64,000 bases of DNA, from NCBI GenBank assembly GCA_963743305.1, contig CAVUPH010000017.1, forward strand, positions 32,001 to 96,000, in the 5' to 3' direction. The DNA is from an uncultured delta proteobacterium (lineage in GTDB: Bacteria > Desulfobacterota > RBG-13-43-22). Positions 9,081-18,992 of the stretch are shown in pieces. The notes beneath the pieces are model-generated. The model saw only the letters and a program-made list of their open reading frames with translations, searched no databases and was not told the origin of the DNA. Made by a program: the position numbers and the translations under genes. Each line of letters begins with the position of its first letter. Positions within the stretch are counted from its first letter, which is position 1.

Positions 9081-10581
9081 TTAGGAGACCAGCCCGGGAG
9101 GGGCGCGGTCAAACCAGGGCCGGGCGCGCTCCAGTTGCCCGGCCAGGCGAAAAAGCGCCGCTTCGTCCCCGAAGCGTCCGACAAAGTGCATCCCGATCGG
9201 CAGCCCGTCCGTATTCCAATGCAACGGGATCGACATGGCCGGTTGGCCGGTTACATTGAATAACGGGGTGTAAGGGATAAAATCAAAGGTCTTGGCGGCC
9301 AGCGGTTTAATGACCTTGGGGGACTTCAACAGCCAGCTCGCGTTGAGCCTTCCGATGAGGCTTCAGCAGCAGACGCTCGCCGCCGGAGGGCTGCAGCGAC
9401 CCCGTGAGCACCGGAGGTTGGGCCAGCGTGGGAGTAAGCAGCAAATCGTATCGTTCGCAGAAGCGGCCGATTTCGCGCGAGGCCACCTGCAGGTGACGCG
9501 AGGCGTTGGCATAATCCGCAGCGCTCAGTGCCCGGCCCAGGAGGCCCAGGGCATAGGTGCCGGCCTCAAAGTCCCCGAGAGACGGGCGATGTTTGGCCAG
9601 GCCCGCTGCCCATTCGATGTCGGCGCGGCACTCGGCGGCCACGATGGTGAGAAAGGCGACGGCAAAGGCCTCTTCGTCAATCCGGGGGGCGTCCTCGATC
9701 AATTCATGGCCAAGCTCCTGCAGCAGACTTACGGTGGACTGCAGGCCCCGGACGCAGTCGGCCTGAACGTTTTTCCCCAGAAAAGGGCGGGAAGTAAAGG
9801 CGATGCGCAGCTTGCCGGGCTCCGTGGTCACTTCATCCAGGAAGGGACGGGCCGGCGGCGGGGCGGGGTAGGGCGCACCGATGTCGGCGCCGGCAGTAGC
9901 GTCCAGCATGGCGGCGCTGTCCCGGACCGTCCGGGTAAGGACGTGTTCCACCACGAATCCCCGCCAGATCTCGCCGGCGTCCGGCCCGGTCGGATTGCGG
10001 CCACGGGTGGGCTTCAACCCGAAGACCCCGCAACAGGAGGCCGGAATACGAATGGACCCGCCCCCGTCGCCCCCACTGGCCAGCGGCACCATACGGGCGG
10101 CCACGGCGGCGGCCGACCCGCCGCTCGAGCCGCCCGGCGAGCGGCGGAGATCCCAGGGGTTAGACGTTACCCCCGTGGCTTCCGGTTCGGTGTAGGGTAC
10201 CAGACCGAACTCCGGAGTGTTGGTCTTGCCTAAAATGATTACTCCCGCCGCCTTGAACCGCTTAACCAGTTCGCTGTCGTGCGTTGCCGGCAGGTTTTTC
10301 AGCAGGCGGTTGCCGTAACCGGTAGGCACCCCGGCCACCGTGGCAATCAGGTCCTTCAAGAGAAAGGGGACTCCGCGGAAGGGGCCGTCCGGCAGTCGGC
10401 CTTGAGCGGCGGTCCGGGCCCGATCATACAGGGTATAGACCACGGCGTTAAGGCGGGGATTATGCCTTTCAATGCGCTGGATCGCCGCTTCGACCAACTC
10501 GGCGGGGGAAACCTGTTTGCTGCGGACCAATTCAGCCAAACCTAAACCGTCGTACTGTTCATATTCCAGAAAACCGTTCAT
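9081..10581 (-). pseudogene. Amidase (AS family), split by a 1-bp insertion near 9359 (pseudogene or sequencing error)
   Basis: [21 protein letters not shown] and [11 protein letters not shown] in 9307-10581; C-terminal [17 protein letters not shown]...GLPIG in the 9081-9329 frame. Removing one C restores [14 protein letters not shown]. Confidence 0.88.
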
Positions 10582-10641
10582 TTTGTCCTCCGGGCAACGG
10601 ATGGCGGCAGAGGGTGATGACCAAAAGCAATGGCTATGGGC

Positions 10642-10857
10642 CTATTGATTGGAATCCTTTCGACTTCTCATATATTCGTCGTAGGTGGTGCTGTTCACGC
10701 TGTCCAGGCACTTCTGAACCTCACTTTGGCCGGGATTCCGGTAACATTCCTGGCGTTGTCGCTCCTTCAATCCTTCATACCAGGCCCTGTAGGTACAGCC
10801 TTGACTGCCCAGGCAGGCGACTGCCGCCAATAACAGCAAGGCCATTCTTCTAAACAT
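10642..10857 (-). CDS. Small putative lipoprotein
   Basis: Signal peptide ending in SQGC lipobox-like motif; Cys pair in a 71-aa product. Confidence 0.65.
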   Translation of the reverse strand: MFRRMALLLLAAVACLGSQGCTYRAWYEGLKERQRQECYRNPGQSEVQKCLDSVNSTTYDEYMRSRKDSNQ

Positions 10858-10964
10858 CGCTGCTCATTTCCTTTAAGAAGTTCGAGTCAGAAAGATTGAT
10901 TTTCTGTTGAAAAGTATGATAAAAATTACGGTATTGTCAAATAAATACTTAAATGAGGACTGTT

Positions 10965-11630
10965 ATGAGCCATTGGCAACACCGGCCGGAAGCGGACTGG
11001 AAAGAATTTCGATTCAATCAGCCCTATGAAAAGGGTTTGAACCGACTCAAAGAGGAGGTGCTGGCCAAAACCGATTTTGACCCGGCCGTTCTCTGGCAGT
11101 GGGGGACCATGCAGGCCATGGCGGTTATCCGGATACTGAAGGCTTGTGAAGCCCGTTGGGGGGCCGATGGCCAACAGGTGGTGGCGGAGGCCTTGAGGCA
11201 GACCGGCCTCGACATCGGGCGGCAGGTACTGAAAAACTCCGCCCGACCCGAATCTATGTCCGAAGCGGAGTTCATCAGTTTTTTTGCTACCGTTATTAAC
11301 CGCGTCGTTTATGCTTCACTGGAGGCCCCGCAGATCGACTCAGCCGACCAGGTCAGCTTCGACATTCTCTGGTGCCCACACCAGGACCACTATCGGGCCT
11401 TTGATTGCCGGGTCCAGCGCTACCTGGTCCAGGGCATGCTGGAGGCCCTGGAGGAAACCGGGCTGGTCCGGGGATTCCAGCTCCGGTTTGACTGCACCAT
11501 CCCGGCCGGGGCCAAAACGTGTCATTTTACAATCTGGCGAGGGAGCGAAGAGGAAGAAAAGGCTTGGACGGAGTATACCCGTCAATTGGAAGCCCAGGCT
11601 CTGCGGCGGGCTTCCGGGGATAAGCAGTAA
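10965..11630 (+). CDS. L-2-amino-thiazoline-4-carboxylate hydrolase-like / V4R-like Cys-motif protein
   Basis: WCPH...DC...CTIPAGAKTCHF pattern; helical N-terminus; GAGG RBS. Confidence 0.6.
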   Translation: MSHWQHRPEADWKEFRFNQPYEKGLNRLKEEVLAKTDFDPAVLWQWGTMQAMAVIRILKACEARWGADGQQVVAEALRQTGLDIGRQVLKNSARPESMSEAEFISFFATVINRVVYASLEAPQIDSADQVSFDILWCPHQDHYRAFDCRVQRYLVQGMLEALEETGLVRGFQLRFDCTIPAGAKTCHFTIWRGSEEEEKAWTEYTRQLEAQALRRASGDKQ

Positions 11631-11685
11631 ATATCCGCTCTCCTGGGGGCCGGCCTTGGGATAGCTCTGGAAGAGATAATTTCCT

Positions 11686-13263
11686 ATGCCAAACGAATAT
11701 CAAACAACCGATGTGATTATCATCGGCGCCGGGCTGGCCGGGATGATCGCCGCCTGCGCTGCCGAGGCCGAAGGCGCCGGGGTGCTGCTCCTGGACCGCA
11801 GTTCCCTGGGGGTGGGGACCAACTCGGCCCTGTCCAACGGGGTCTTCGCCGGTCCCACCCCCGGTTATTCGGAGGAGGCCTATGTGGAGGACACCCTCCG
11901 GATCGGCCGGGGTCTGAACCGGAGAGCCTGGGTGGAGCAGGTGGCCCGGGAGGCGCCCGGGGCCATCGAATCCCTGAAGGCCTTCGGCCTGGAGATCCAA
12001 CCCTTTAAGGATCATTTTTCCGTCCAGCCCTCCCCTCCCGGCACCATTCCGGGGGTGACCCTGGTGCGGAGGATCGCGGAAAAGGTCAAGACCCTGGATC
12101 GCGTTCGGATTATCAAAGGGTTACAGGTCACCGAAATTTTAACCGGCGATGACCGGGCCCTGGGCGTCAGAGCACTGGACGACCAGGGAAACGAAGAGGC
12201 TTTCTTGGCCCCGGCAATGATCTTGGCGGCCGGCGGCTTCGGCGCCATCTATCTGCGCAACGATAATCAAAAAAGCACGCTGGGACAGGGGATGGCCCTG
12301 GCCGCCCGGGCCGGCCTCGATCTCTGGGATATGGAGTTCGTCCAGTTTTATCCCCTGGTGCTGGCCCAACCCGGGCTCCCCTCCATGCTGCTCTACCCGC
12401 CGTACCCCCGGGAGGCCCGACTGGTCAATCAGGCCGGCCAGGACCTGCTGGAAAAGTTCGGCATTCAGAGCCTCCACGAGGCTATCATGCAACTACGGGA
12501 TGCCTTTTCGGCCAAACTGTTCGAAGAGCTGGAACAGTCGGGTACCGTTTATCTGGACTACCGGGGGGTCCCGGTCGACTCCTGGAACAAGTTCCCCCTG
12601 ATCCTGCTCTCCCGGTTAAAGTATGACTTTCAAAACAATCCCTTCGCCGTCGCCCCGGCGGCCCATTTCTGCATGGGAGGACTGCGAACGGACGGGCGGG
12701 GCCGGACGGATCTGCCGGGCCTTTTTGCCTGCGGGGAAATGGTCTGGGGCCTGCACGGGGCCAATCGTCGGGGAGGCAATGCCCTGACCGAATGCCTGGT
12801 TTCGGGAAGGCTGGCGGGGGCCCAGGCCGCCGTCGAAGCCTTATCTTCCCCTCCACGCCGGAATAGGATGCCTCCCCCAGAGGACGACTTCGTCTATTCC
12901 CCGGTTTCGGCTTTCGAGGAAATACGGGCTTTCCATCAGACCCTCAAAGAAATCGCCTGGCGCCAGGCCGGCGTAGTTCGGAGCCGGAACGGTTTAACCA
13001 AAGGACTGGCCCGGCTCCGGAAATTGGAGGAGGGGTTATCCGGGCTCCAACCCGGGGCCGTTGCGGAGCGAAAACGACTGGAGGACCTGCGCAGCGCCGT
13101 GTTGGTGACCCGGGCCATTTTGACGGCCGGTTTAGCGCGGGAGGAGTCCCGGGGCAGCTTTATCCGGGAAGATTTTCCGGACGAAGATAATCTCCGCTGG
13201 CGGAAAAATTCCCGCCTGACCTACTTGCCGGACAAGAATGACTTTCAACCGGCATCTTCCTAA
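11686..13263 (+). CDS. FAD-dependent oxidoreductase, succinate dehydrogenase/fumarate reductase flavoprotein / L-aspartate oxidase family
   Basis: IIGAGLAG, DMEFVQFYP, HFCMGG, GLFACGE, LHGANRRGGNAL, REESRG. Confidence 0.93.
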   Translation: MPNEYQTTDVIIIGAGLAGMIAACAAEAEGAGVLLLDRSSLGVGTNSALSNGVFAGPTPGYSEEAYVEDTLRIGRGLNRRAWVEQVAREAPGAIESLKAFGLEIQPFKDHFSVQPSPPGTIPGVTLVRRIAEKVKTLDRVRIIKGLQVTEILTGDDRALGVRALDDQGNEEAFLAPAMILAAGGFGAIYLRNDNQKSTLGQGMALAARAGLDLWDMEFVQFYPLVLAQPGLPSMLLYPPYPREARLVNQAGQDLLEKFGIQSLHEAIMQLRDAFSAKLFEELEQSGTVYLDYRGVPVDSWNKFPLILLSRLKYDFQNNPFAVAPAAHFCMGGLRTDGRGRTDLPGLFACGEMVWGLHGANRRGGNALTECLVSGRLAGAQAAVEALSSPPRRNRMPPPEDDFVYSPVSAFEEIRAFHQTLKEIAWRQAGVVRSRNGLTKGLARLRKLEEGLSGLQPGAVAERKRLEDLRSAVLVTRAILTAGLAREESRGSFIREDFPDEDNLRWRKNSRLTYLPDKNDFQPASS

Positions 13264-13313
13264 CCAGTCCGGTTAGGCGGGGAGCAGGGCAGGCTCATTT
13301 TAAAGAGAGTCTC

Positions 13314-14384
13314 TTACATATTGTGGCGTATGTGCACGACTTCTCCGTCTTTAACCACGTAATCCTTGCCTTCCAGCCGCAACTTGCCTTTGTTTTTGGC
13401 CTGATTCAGCCCGCCCAGTTCAATCAGTTCCTGAAAAGGGATCACCTCGGCCCGGATAAATCCTTTGGCCAAATCGGTATGGATGGCCCCGGCCGCCTCC
13501 ACGGCCGTGGCGCCCTGGCGGATGGTCCAGGCCCGGACTTCATCCTCCCCCACCGTAAAAAAGGAGAGGAGTCCCAGCAGGTCATAAGAGAGGCGGATGG
13601 CCCGATTTCGAAAGAGTTCCTGAAGACCGTATTCTTCCATGAACAGGGTTTTGTCTTCGGACGACAATTCGCTGAGCTCGCTTTCCAAGCGGCCCGGGAG
13701 ATTGATCCGGGCGCTATTTCGGTGGGGGTATTCCAGGTCCGGGGCCTGGCCGTCATCGCCGGTATTCAATACGACCAGCACCGGCTTCAGAGACAAAAGT
13801 CCGTAGCCACGTAGAAGTTTGACTTCCTCGGGGGCCAGGGGGAGGTCGCGAAGAGGCCGCTCGTCCTCCAGACCACTCCTTACCCGTGTCAGGAGTTCTT
13901 TTTCCTTGAGGCCTTGTTCCTTGTCCTGGGCCCCTTTCTTCAGTCCTTCGACCACCCTTTCCTGACGCCGCTCCACGGCCCCTAAATCATGGAGCAGGAA
14001 CTCCGTATCCAAAACGGACAAGTCTCGGGCCGGGTTCAGGGTCCCACCACTGAAAGGAACGGAGGGATTTTCAAAGGCCCGAACCACGTGAATAAAGGCG
14101 TCCATCTGGCCCAGAAGATTAATAAAAGGGCCGGGCAAGCCTTTTTGACTGATCCCCTCCTCCAGCCCGGCAATGTCGGCGTAGGTCACTTTGGCGTAGG
14201 TTCTTTTTAAGGGATTAAAAAGACGAACTAAAGCGTCCAACCGTTCATCCGGTACCTCGGTTAAGGCCGAGTGTACTTCCAGACGTCCGGAGGCAAAAGT
14301 TGATATCGACTTCTGCCCTCCCGACAAGGCCCTGAACAGGGTCGTTTTCCCACTTTGGGGCAATCCAACGATTCCGATTTCCAT
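13314..14384 (-). CDS. ychF: Redox-regulated ATPase YchF (Obg family)
   Basis: GIVGLPQSGKTT, DIAGL, FFTVGEDEVRAW, AGAIHTDLAKGFIRAEV, RLEGKDYVVKDG. Confidence 0.95.
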   Translation of the reverse strand: MEIGIVGLPQSGKTTLFRALSGGQKSISTFASGRLEVHSALTEVPDERLDALVRLFNPLKRTYAKVTYADIAGLEEGISQKGLPGPFINLLGQMDAFIHVVRAFENPSVPFSGGTLNPARDLSVLDTEFLLHDLGAVERRQERVVEGLKKGAQDKEQGLKEKELLTRVRSGLEDERPLRDLPLAPEEVKLLRGYGLLSLKPVLVVLNTGDDGQAPDLEYPHRNSARINLPGRLESELSELSSEDKTLFMEEYGLQELFRNRAIRLSYDLLGLLSFFTVGEDEVRAWTIRQGATAVEAAGAIHTDLAKGFIRAEVIPFQELIELGGLNQAKNKGKLRLEGKDYVVKDGEVVHIRHNM

Positions 14385-14392
14385 GAGTTAAC

Positions 14393-14821
14393 TTATTCCC
14401 AACTCGCCACATCCTTGTCTTCTCCCTCTCCACCCGGCTTATCGTCCCGGCCGTAGGAAAAGAGATCATATTCACCGTGGGTGCCCGGGTTCTGATAGTG
14501 GTAGGCTTTCCCCCAGGGATCCAGGGGCACATTTTTTTTCAGGTAAGGTCCTTCCCATTTTTCAACCCCGGGATTGTTAGTCAGGGCGTTCAACCCCTCC
14601 TGAGTGGTGGGATAGGATCCCACATCCAGGCGGTACTGGTCGAGAGCCTGGCCCAAAAGCTCGATTTGGGCTTTGGCTGCCGCCAGTTTCCCCTTGCCCA
14701 GCTTAGGAAAAAGCCGCGGAGCCACCAAAGCCGCCAAAAGGCCGATGATCACCATCACCACCAGCAACTCCACGAGGGTAAAACCTTTTTGGTTCCTTTT
14801 CCGCGTTAATATTTGAATCAC
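14393..14821 (-). CDS. gspG: Type II secretion major pseudopilin GspG
   Basis: QKGFTLVELLVV prepilin motif, ALDQYRLDVGSYP, WEGPYL, DPWG; GTG start after AGGAG. Confidence 0.96.
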   Translation of the reverse strand: MIQILTRKRNQKGFTLVELLVVMVIIGLLAALVAPRLFPKLGKGKLAAAKAQIELLGQALDQYRLDVGSYPTTQEGLNALTNNPGVEKWEGPYLKKNVPLDPWGKAYHYQNPGTHGEYDLFSYGRDDKPGGEGEDKDVASWE

Positions 14822-15215
14822 AATTTCTCCTTTTTGCTTTAACAAATTTATCCTGAACTATAGCAAGAACCCGAATAAATTCAAATAAAAATCCTAACCG
14901 TACTCCTGGTCAAAAAGGCAATAAACCCTGGCCCACTAGGCCATCAGACAGTAAAATACTGTAAATTAAGCTAGTTCCAATCAAAGGCTTTCGCCGGGGT
15001 GGCGAGTTGTTGAACCTTTTAGGTCAAACGCCACCGCAACAGTCGTTTACTTTTTAATTGTCAATCCTTCTTTTTTTCTTTATAGTTACGGTCTATTAGG
15101 TTTGAAAAGCCGTTTTTCGGCTGGCGTTGAACCGGTGATAGGACTTTCGGGCCCTTCAAAAAAACCATCGAAACCGGAAAATCAGAAAAAAAGGCAGCAC
15201 CAGGGGGAGTCGTTT

Positions 15216-17462
15216 TTGACTACTAGTTTCTCCAGGTTTTTTTCGAACCTGGTTATTTTTTTATTTTTTGCTGGCCTGGGAGTTTTCAATGGAATCGCCC
15301 AAGCCGAGCCGGTTTTGGTCCCGGCTCCTCGATCGATTCCCCCGCGCACTTTAACGCAGGCAGTCGTTCCCAATCCCGGCGATCAGAGCAGCCAACCAGG
15401 TTCGACCGGTGCCCAGGCCGTGCCTCCGGCGGGTTCCCCGATACCGACCTCGCCGGTGCCCGCTTCAGTGCCTCCAACTTCCCCTTCCCCGGTCCCTTCC
15501 CCGGCGGCGCAACCGGGGGTCACTCCACCGCCGGCCCAGCCGGGAGTCCCGTCTTTGCCGCCTGAATCCGGGAAGCCGCCCCTGGCGAGTCCGCCGAGTC
15601 CCCTTCCGGGAGGACCGCCGGTAACCCAGCAACCCCTGCCGTCCGGACCCCGAATGCAGCCGCAACTCCCACCGGCGCAGCCCGGTCAGCCTTCTTCCTT
15701 GAATAGACCGGGTGTCAAGCGGGGCGAGGTCAGCTTTAACTTTGACGACGCCGATGTCTTCTCCGTCATCCAGACCATCTTTGGCGGGGTCCTCAAGGTC
15801 AATTACATTATCGATCCCAAAGTCAAAGGAAGGGTGAATTTTCGATCCGTTTCCCCGGTCCCGAAAGAAGACGTCATGCCTCTGATGGAAGTCATCCTCC
15901 GCCTGAACGGGATCGGGGTGATCGAGGACGGCGGTTTGTATCGAATTATCCCCATCGGCGATATGCCCCGGGAACCGGCGGCGGTCGGGATTGGGCGGGA
16001 TGCGGGGAAAATCACCGTTGCCGGCTTGGGACTGTTGCAGGTAGTCCCGCTGAAATTCATCCCTTCCTCGGAGATGATTCGAGTCCTGACCCCCTTCCTG
16101 TCCACCAACGCGGTTATGGTAGACGTGCCCAAGATCAATTATATTATCATCGTGGACACCGATGCCAACATCAAACGCCTTCTCCAACTGGTGGAAATAT
16201 TCGACAGCGAGCAGCTCAAACAGATCAAACCCCAGGTCTTCGTTTACCCGGTTCGGAACGGAAAGGCCAAGGATGTGGCCGCCCTGCTTCAGCAAATCTT
16301 TTTGGGAGGTTCTAAGTCTCCCACCTCCACTCCTTCCAGACCAACGACTACTCCTGCCAGGCCTACCGGCGCTTATCCTACTCCCGGTCAACCATCCCCC
16401 GCTCCTACGCCCTCGCCGCAGATTTCCCTCGGGACTCCGGGCGGAGGGGAGTCCTTGGTCCTGGACATTACCCGGATCATACCCGACGAGGTGACCAACA
16501 CCATTGTAATATTGGCCACCCCGGATGATTATGCCTTGATGTATGATACCATTCAAAAGATTGATATCGTTCCCCGGCAGGTGATGATCGAGGTGATGAT
16601 CGCCGAAGTAACTCTGGGAGACGACTTACAATTTGGCATTGAGTGGTCACTCAAGAACCAAATCGATAAGGGGTTCGTTAATCTCGGTTTTACTAATACC
16701 AATCTTGACCCCACCAAGCCCGTGGGCTTTACTTTTTTAGGAATTGACCGGACCGGCCTGATCCAGGGGTTTCTGCAGGCCCAGGCTTCGGAATCCAAGG
16801 TGAACGTCTTGGCTTCACCCCATATTCTGGCCGCCGACAATCGGGAAGCGCGCATTCAGATCGGCAACCAGGTGCCCATCGTGACCTCTGAAACGCCGGT
16901 GTCGACCACCGGCACTGTCGGCACCTCTGTTTCCCGAACTATTCAATACAAAGATACGGGGGTCATCCTGAAGATAAAACCCCTGATCAATGAAAGCGGG
17001 GTGGTCAGCCTGGACATTTCTCAGGAAGTCTCGGATTACTTTCTGCAGAACATTTACGGGAGCGATTACCCGGTGATAACCAAAAGGGAGGCCGTCACCA
17101 ACCTGGTGGCCCAGGACGGAGATACCATCGTAATCGGCGGCCTGATTCAGGAGAATTTTAATCGGACCAGGCAAGGCCTCCCCTTATTAAGCAAGATTCC
17201 TCTGCTGGGATGGCTTTTCAGCAATACCTCGGATATTAACAAGAGGACCGAGATTATCATGCTGCTGACCCCCATGGTGGTAAAAAATCCGGAAGAGGCC
17301 AAGAACATGACCAACATCTATATTCACCGGATGCAGGGGCTCAAGAAGGATCTCAAGTTGGAAAAGATGGAATGGTACAAGAAAATCAGCGGCACCACAG
17401 CCGAAAAAGCGCCGGAGCCCTCGCCAAAACCTCAAGAGTACACCCCGCCGGTCACTCCCTAA
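15216..17462 (+). CDS. gspD: Type II secretion secretin GspD with a long proline-rich N-terminal extension
   Basis: FNFDDAD N0 domain, RQVMIEVMIAEV, LASPHILAADNREARI, IVIGGLI, PLLSKIPLLGWLF; probable TTG start at 15216 followed by a signal peptide. Confidence 0.94.
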   Translation: MTTSFSRFFSNLVIFLFFAGLGVFNGIAQAEPVLVPAPRSIPPRTLTQAVVPNPGDQSSQPGSTGAQAVPPAGSPIPTSPVPASVPPTSPSPVPSPAAQPGVTPPPAQPGVPSLPPESGKPPLASPPSPLPGGPPVTQQPLPSGPRMQPQLPPAQPGQPSSLNRPGVKRGEVSFNFDDADVFSVIQTIFGGVLKVNYIIDPKVKGRVNFRSVSPVPKEDVMPLMEVILRLNGIGVIEDGGLYRIIPIGDMPREPAAVGIGRDAGKITVAGLGLLQVVPLKFIPSSEMIRVLTPFLSTNAVMVDVPKINYIIIVDTDANIKRLLQLVEIFDSEQLKQIKPQVFVYPVRNGKAKDVAALLQQIFLGGSKSPTSTPSRPTTTPARPTGAYPTPGQPSPAPTPSPQISLGTPGGGESLVLDITRIIPDEVTNTIVILATPDDYALMYDTIQKIDIVPRQVMIEVMIAEVTLGDDLQFGIEWSLKNQIDKGFVNLGFTNTNLDPTKPVGFTFLGIDRTGLIQGFLQAQASESKVNVLASPHILAADNREARIQIGNQVPIVTSETPVSTTGTVGTSVSRTIQYKDTGVILKIKPLINESGVVSLDISQEVSDYFLQNIYGSDYPVITKREAVTNLVAQDGDTIVIGGLIQENFNRTRQGLPLLSKIPLLGWLFSNTSDINKRTEIIMLLTPMVVKNPEEAKNMTNIYIHRMQGLKKDLKLEKMEWYKKISGTTAEKAPEPSPKPQEYTPPVTP

Positions 17463-17493
17463 CGGAAATTCGTTTTCATTAAATAAATTTCGG

Positions 17494-18346
17494 TTAAGGA
17501 TAGGGCCTGACCGGGGAAGACGAAGGCGCCGGATACGGGCTGCTGGAAGGCACCGGTCGGTATCGAGGCCTTGAAGGGGTGAAGGCCCCCGAGGTGGCGG
17601 GACTGACAGCCGGGGTCCCCGACGAGGGAAGACCACTCATCGTTGCCGGCGGGGGTGCCGGGCTGGTGGTGGAAGGGGGCGTCTGGGAGGCGACCGGTCG
17701 AGATCTGGTATTCGGGCCCGATCGGGGGGGTCCCGGGACGGGAAGGGGCAGGTTGGGTCCCCGGACGGGGGGGCGTCCCCGGTGCGACCCCGGGAGCGGG
17801 TTTGGTATGATCCGGGATACCTTCCCTGGCCTTGGGGGCCTGGGCATCGTTTAAATAAACAGTCATGGTCTCTTCCCCCCGGTTCATCACCACCCGGTCA
17901 TTGAACAGTTCCTTCAAGATAAATCCGCTCAGGGATTCCCCCTTTTTTAGAGCAGTCTGTCTCTTGCCCCTGCCCGGGGTCATTACCGGGGGGGCTTTCT
18001 TGTCTTCCAAATAGGCAATCCCCAAATCACCGGTTATCAGGGTTCCGTAAAGAACAAATTCCGGTTTCGGCAAAGGGGCCTCGGCCTTTTTTTCCGGGGG
18101 TATCTTTCTTTCGGGGTGAAATAGATTTTGGTCGGCGATTACGGTGTATTCCACGGGATTAAGCGCCTGTTGAGTTGGCGGTTCCGTTTCGGTTTTTCCT
18201 GGGGCCGATGGTTTAACCGGCGGAAGTGAGTAAGCTACCGGCATATCCATTAGTGGAAACAAGAGGTAGTAGGCAAAATAAAGGATCAGGCCCAATAGCC
18301 CCAGGTTAATCACGTTGATGTTACGGAGAAACTTATTAGAGGTCAT
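17494..18346 (-). CDS. GspC-like inner-membrane protein with a proline-rich tail; probable frameshift at the G7 run 17724-17730
   Basis: N-terminal TM, NLFHPER, FVLYGT...IAYL..., GESLSGFILKEL..DRVV; the Pro/Ser-rich tail continues in the 17494-17847 frame. Confidence 0.7.
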
Positions 18347-18349
18347 GCC

Positions 18350-18991
18350 TTAACTCCCATAGAGGGCCGCCACGTCCAGCTTAACCACCAATTCCCGAGG
18401 CTCTTTAAGATTGCGGACCCGGGAATCCACTTCCCGAACTACCAGGTAAGGGGTTCGGGATTCAATAAAGAAAAGGATGTCCCGCAGGGCGGCCGAATCC
18501 GGCACTACGATATCCAAGCTCACGTTAATCACTTTGAATTTCCCTTCCCCTTCCGGTTTGGCCTTTTTGGAAGGGGGCACCTTCCTTTCTTTGGCCCCGT
18601 TAGCCGGTTTTTCGACGGCCGCGGGTTCCTGGTAAACGATGTCCTCCACTTTGCCTACCCGGGCGCTGGAGACGGTACCGCCGCGATTGGCGACAATGCC
18701 CTTGATGGTGTCTTGCAGGGCGGCGGAGGCCAAAGAAGGCATCTCTCCGGCAATGAGCTTGGTGTTGTCGGCCTTTCTCTCTTCCTTGAGCGTTTGAAGC
18801 TGATTTTCCAGGCCCGGTTTCTCGGAAATGATCGCCAGCGTTTTTTTCAACGTCTTAATTTTGGCCGCTTGTTCTTCTTTGATGCCTGATAAATCCTCCT
18901 GAATCCGCAGGTACCCGTATTCATAAACCACCCCTCCGGCCAGCAAGACCAAAATCGGGATGGCCAGCAGCAGCCATTTGCTTTTAGGCAT
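18350..18991 (-). CDS. gspM: Type II secretion GspM-like protein
   Basis: N-terminal TM, coiled coil, LASAALQ..., LRDILFFIESRTPYL; position after gspL. Confidence 0.78.
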   Translation of the reverse strand: MPKSKWLLLAIPILVLLAGGVVYEYGYLRIQEDLSGIKEEQAAKIKTLKKTLAIISEKPGLENQLQTLKEERKADNTKLIAGEMPSLASAALQDTIKGIVANRGGTVSSARVGKVEDIVYQEPAAVEKPANGAKERKVPPSKKAKPEGEGKFKVINVSLDIVVPDSAALRDILFFIESRTPYLVVREVDSRVRNLKEPRELVVKLDVAALYGS

Positions 18992-18992
18992 C

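Noticed and set aside
14984-15040. Hairpins in the gspG-gspD spacer (GGTGGCG...CGCCACC; GGCGAAAGCC)
   Set aside because: Real stems, but no match to a riboswitch I recognise and no second copy; too weak to call
15465-16556. 363-aa minus-strand ORF
   Set aside because: Shadow of the GC-rich gspD
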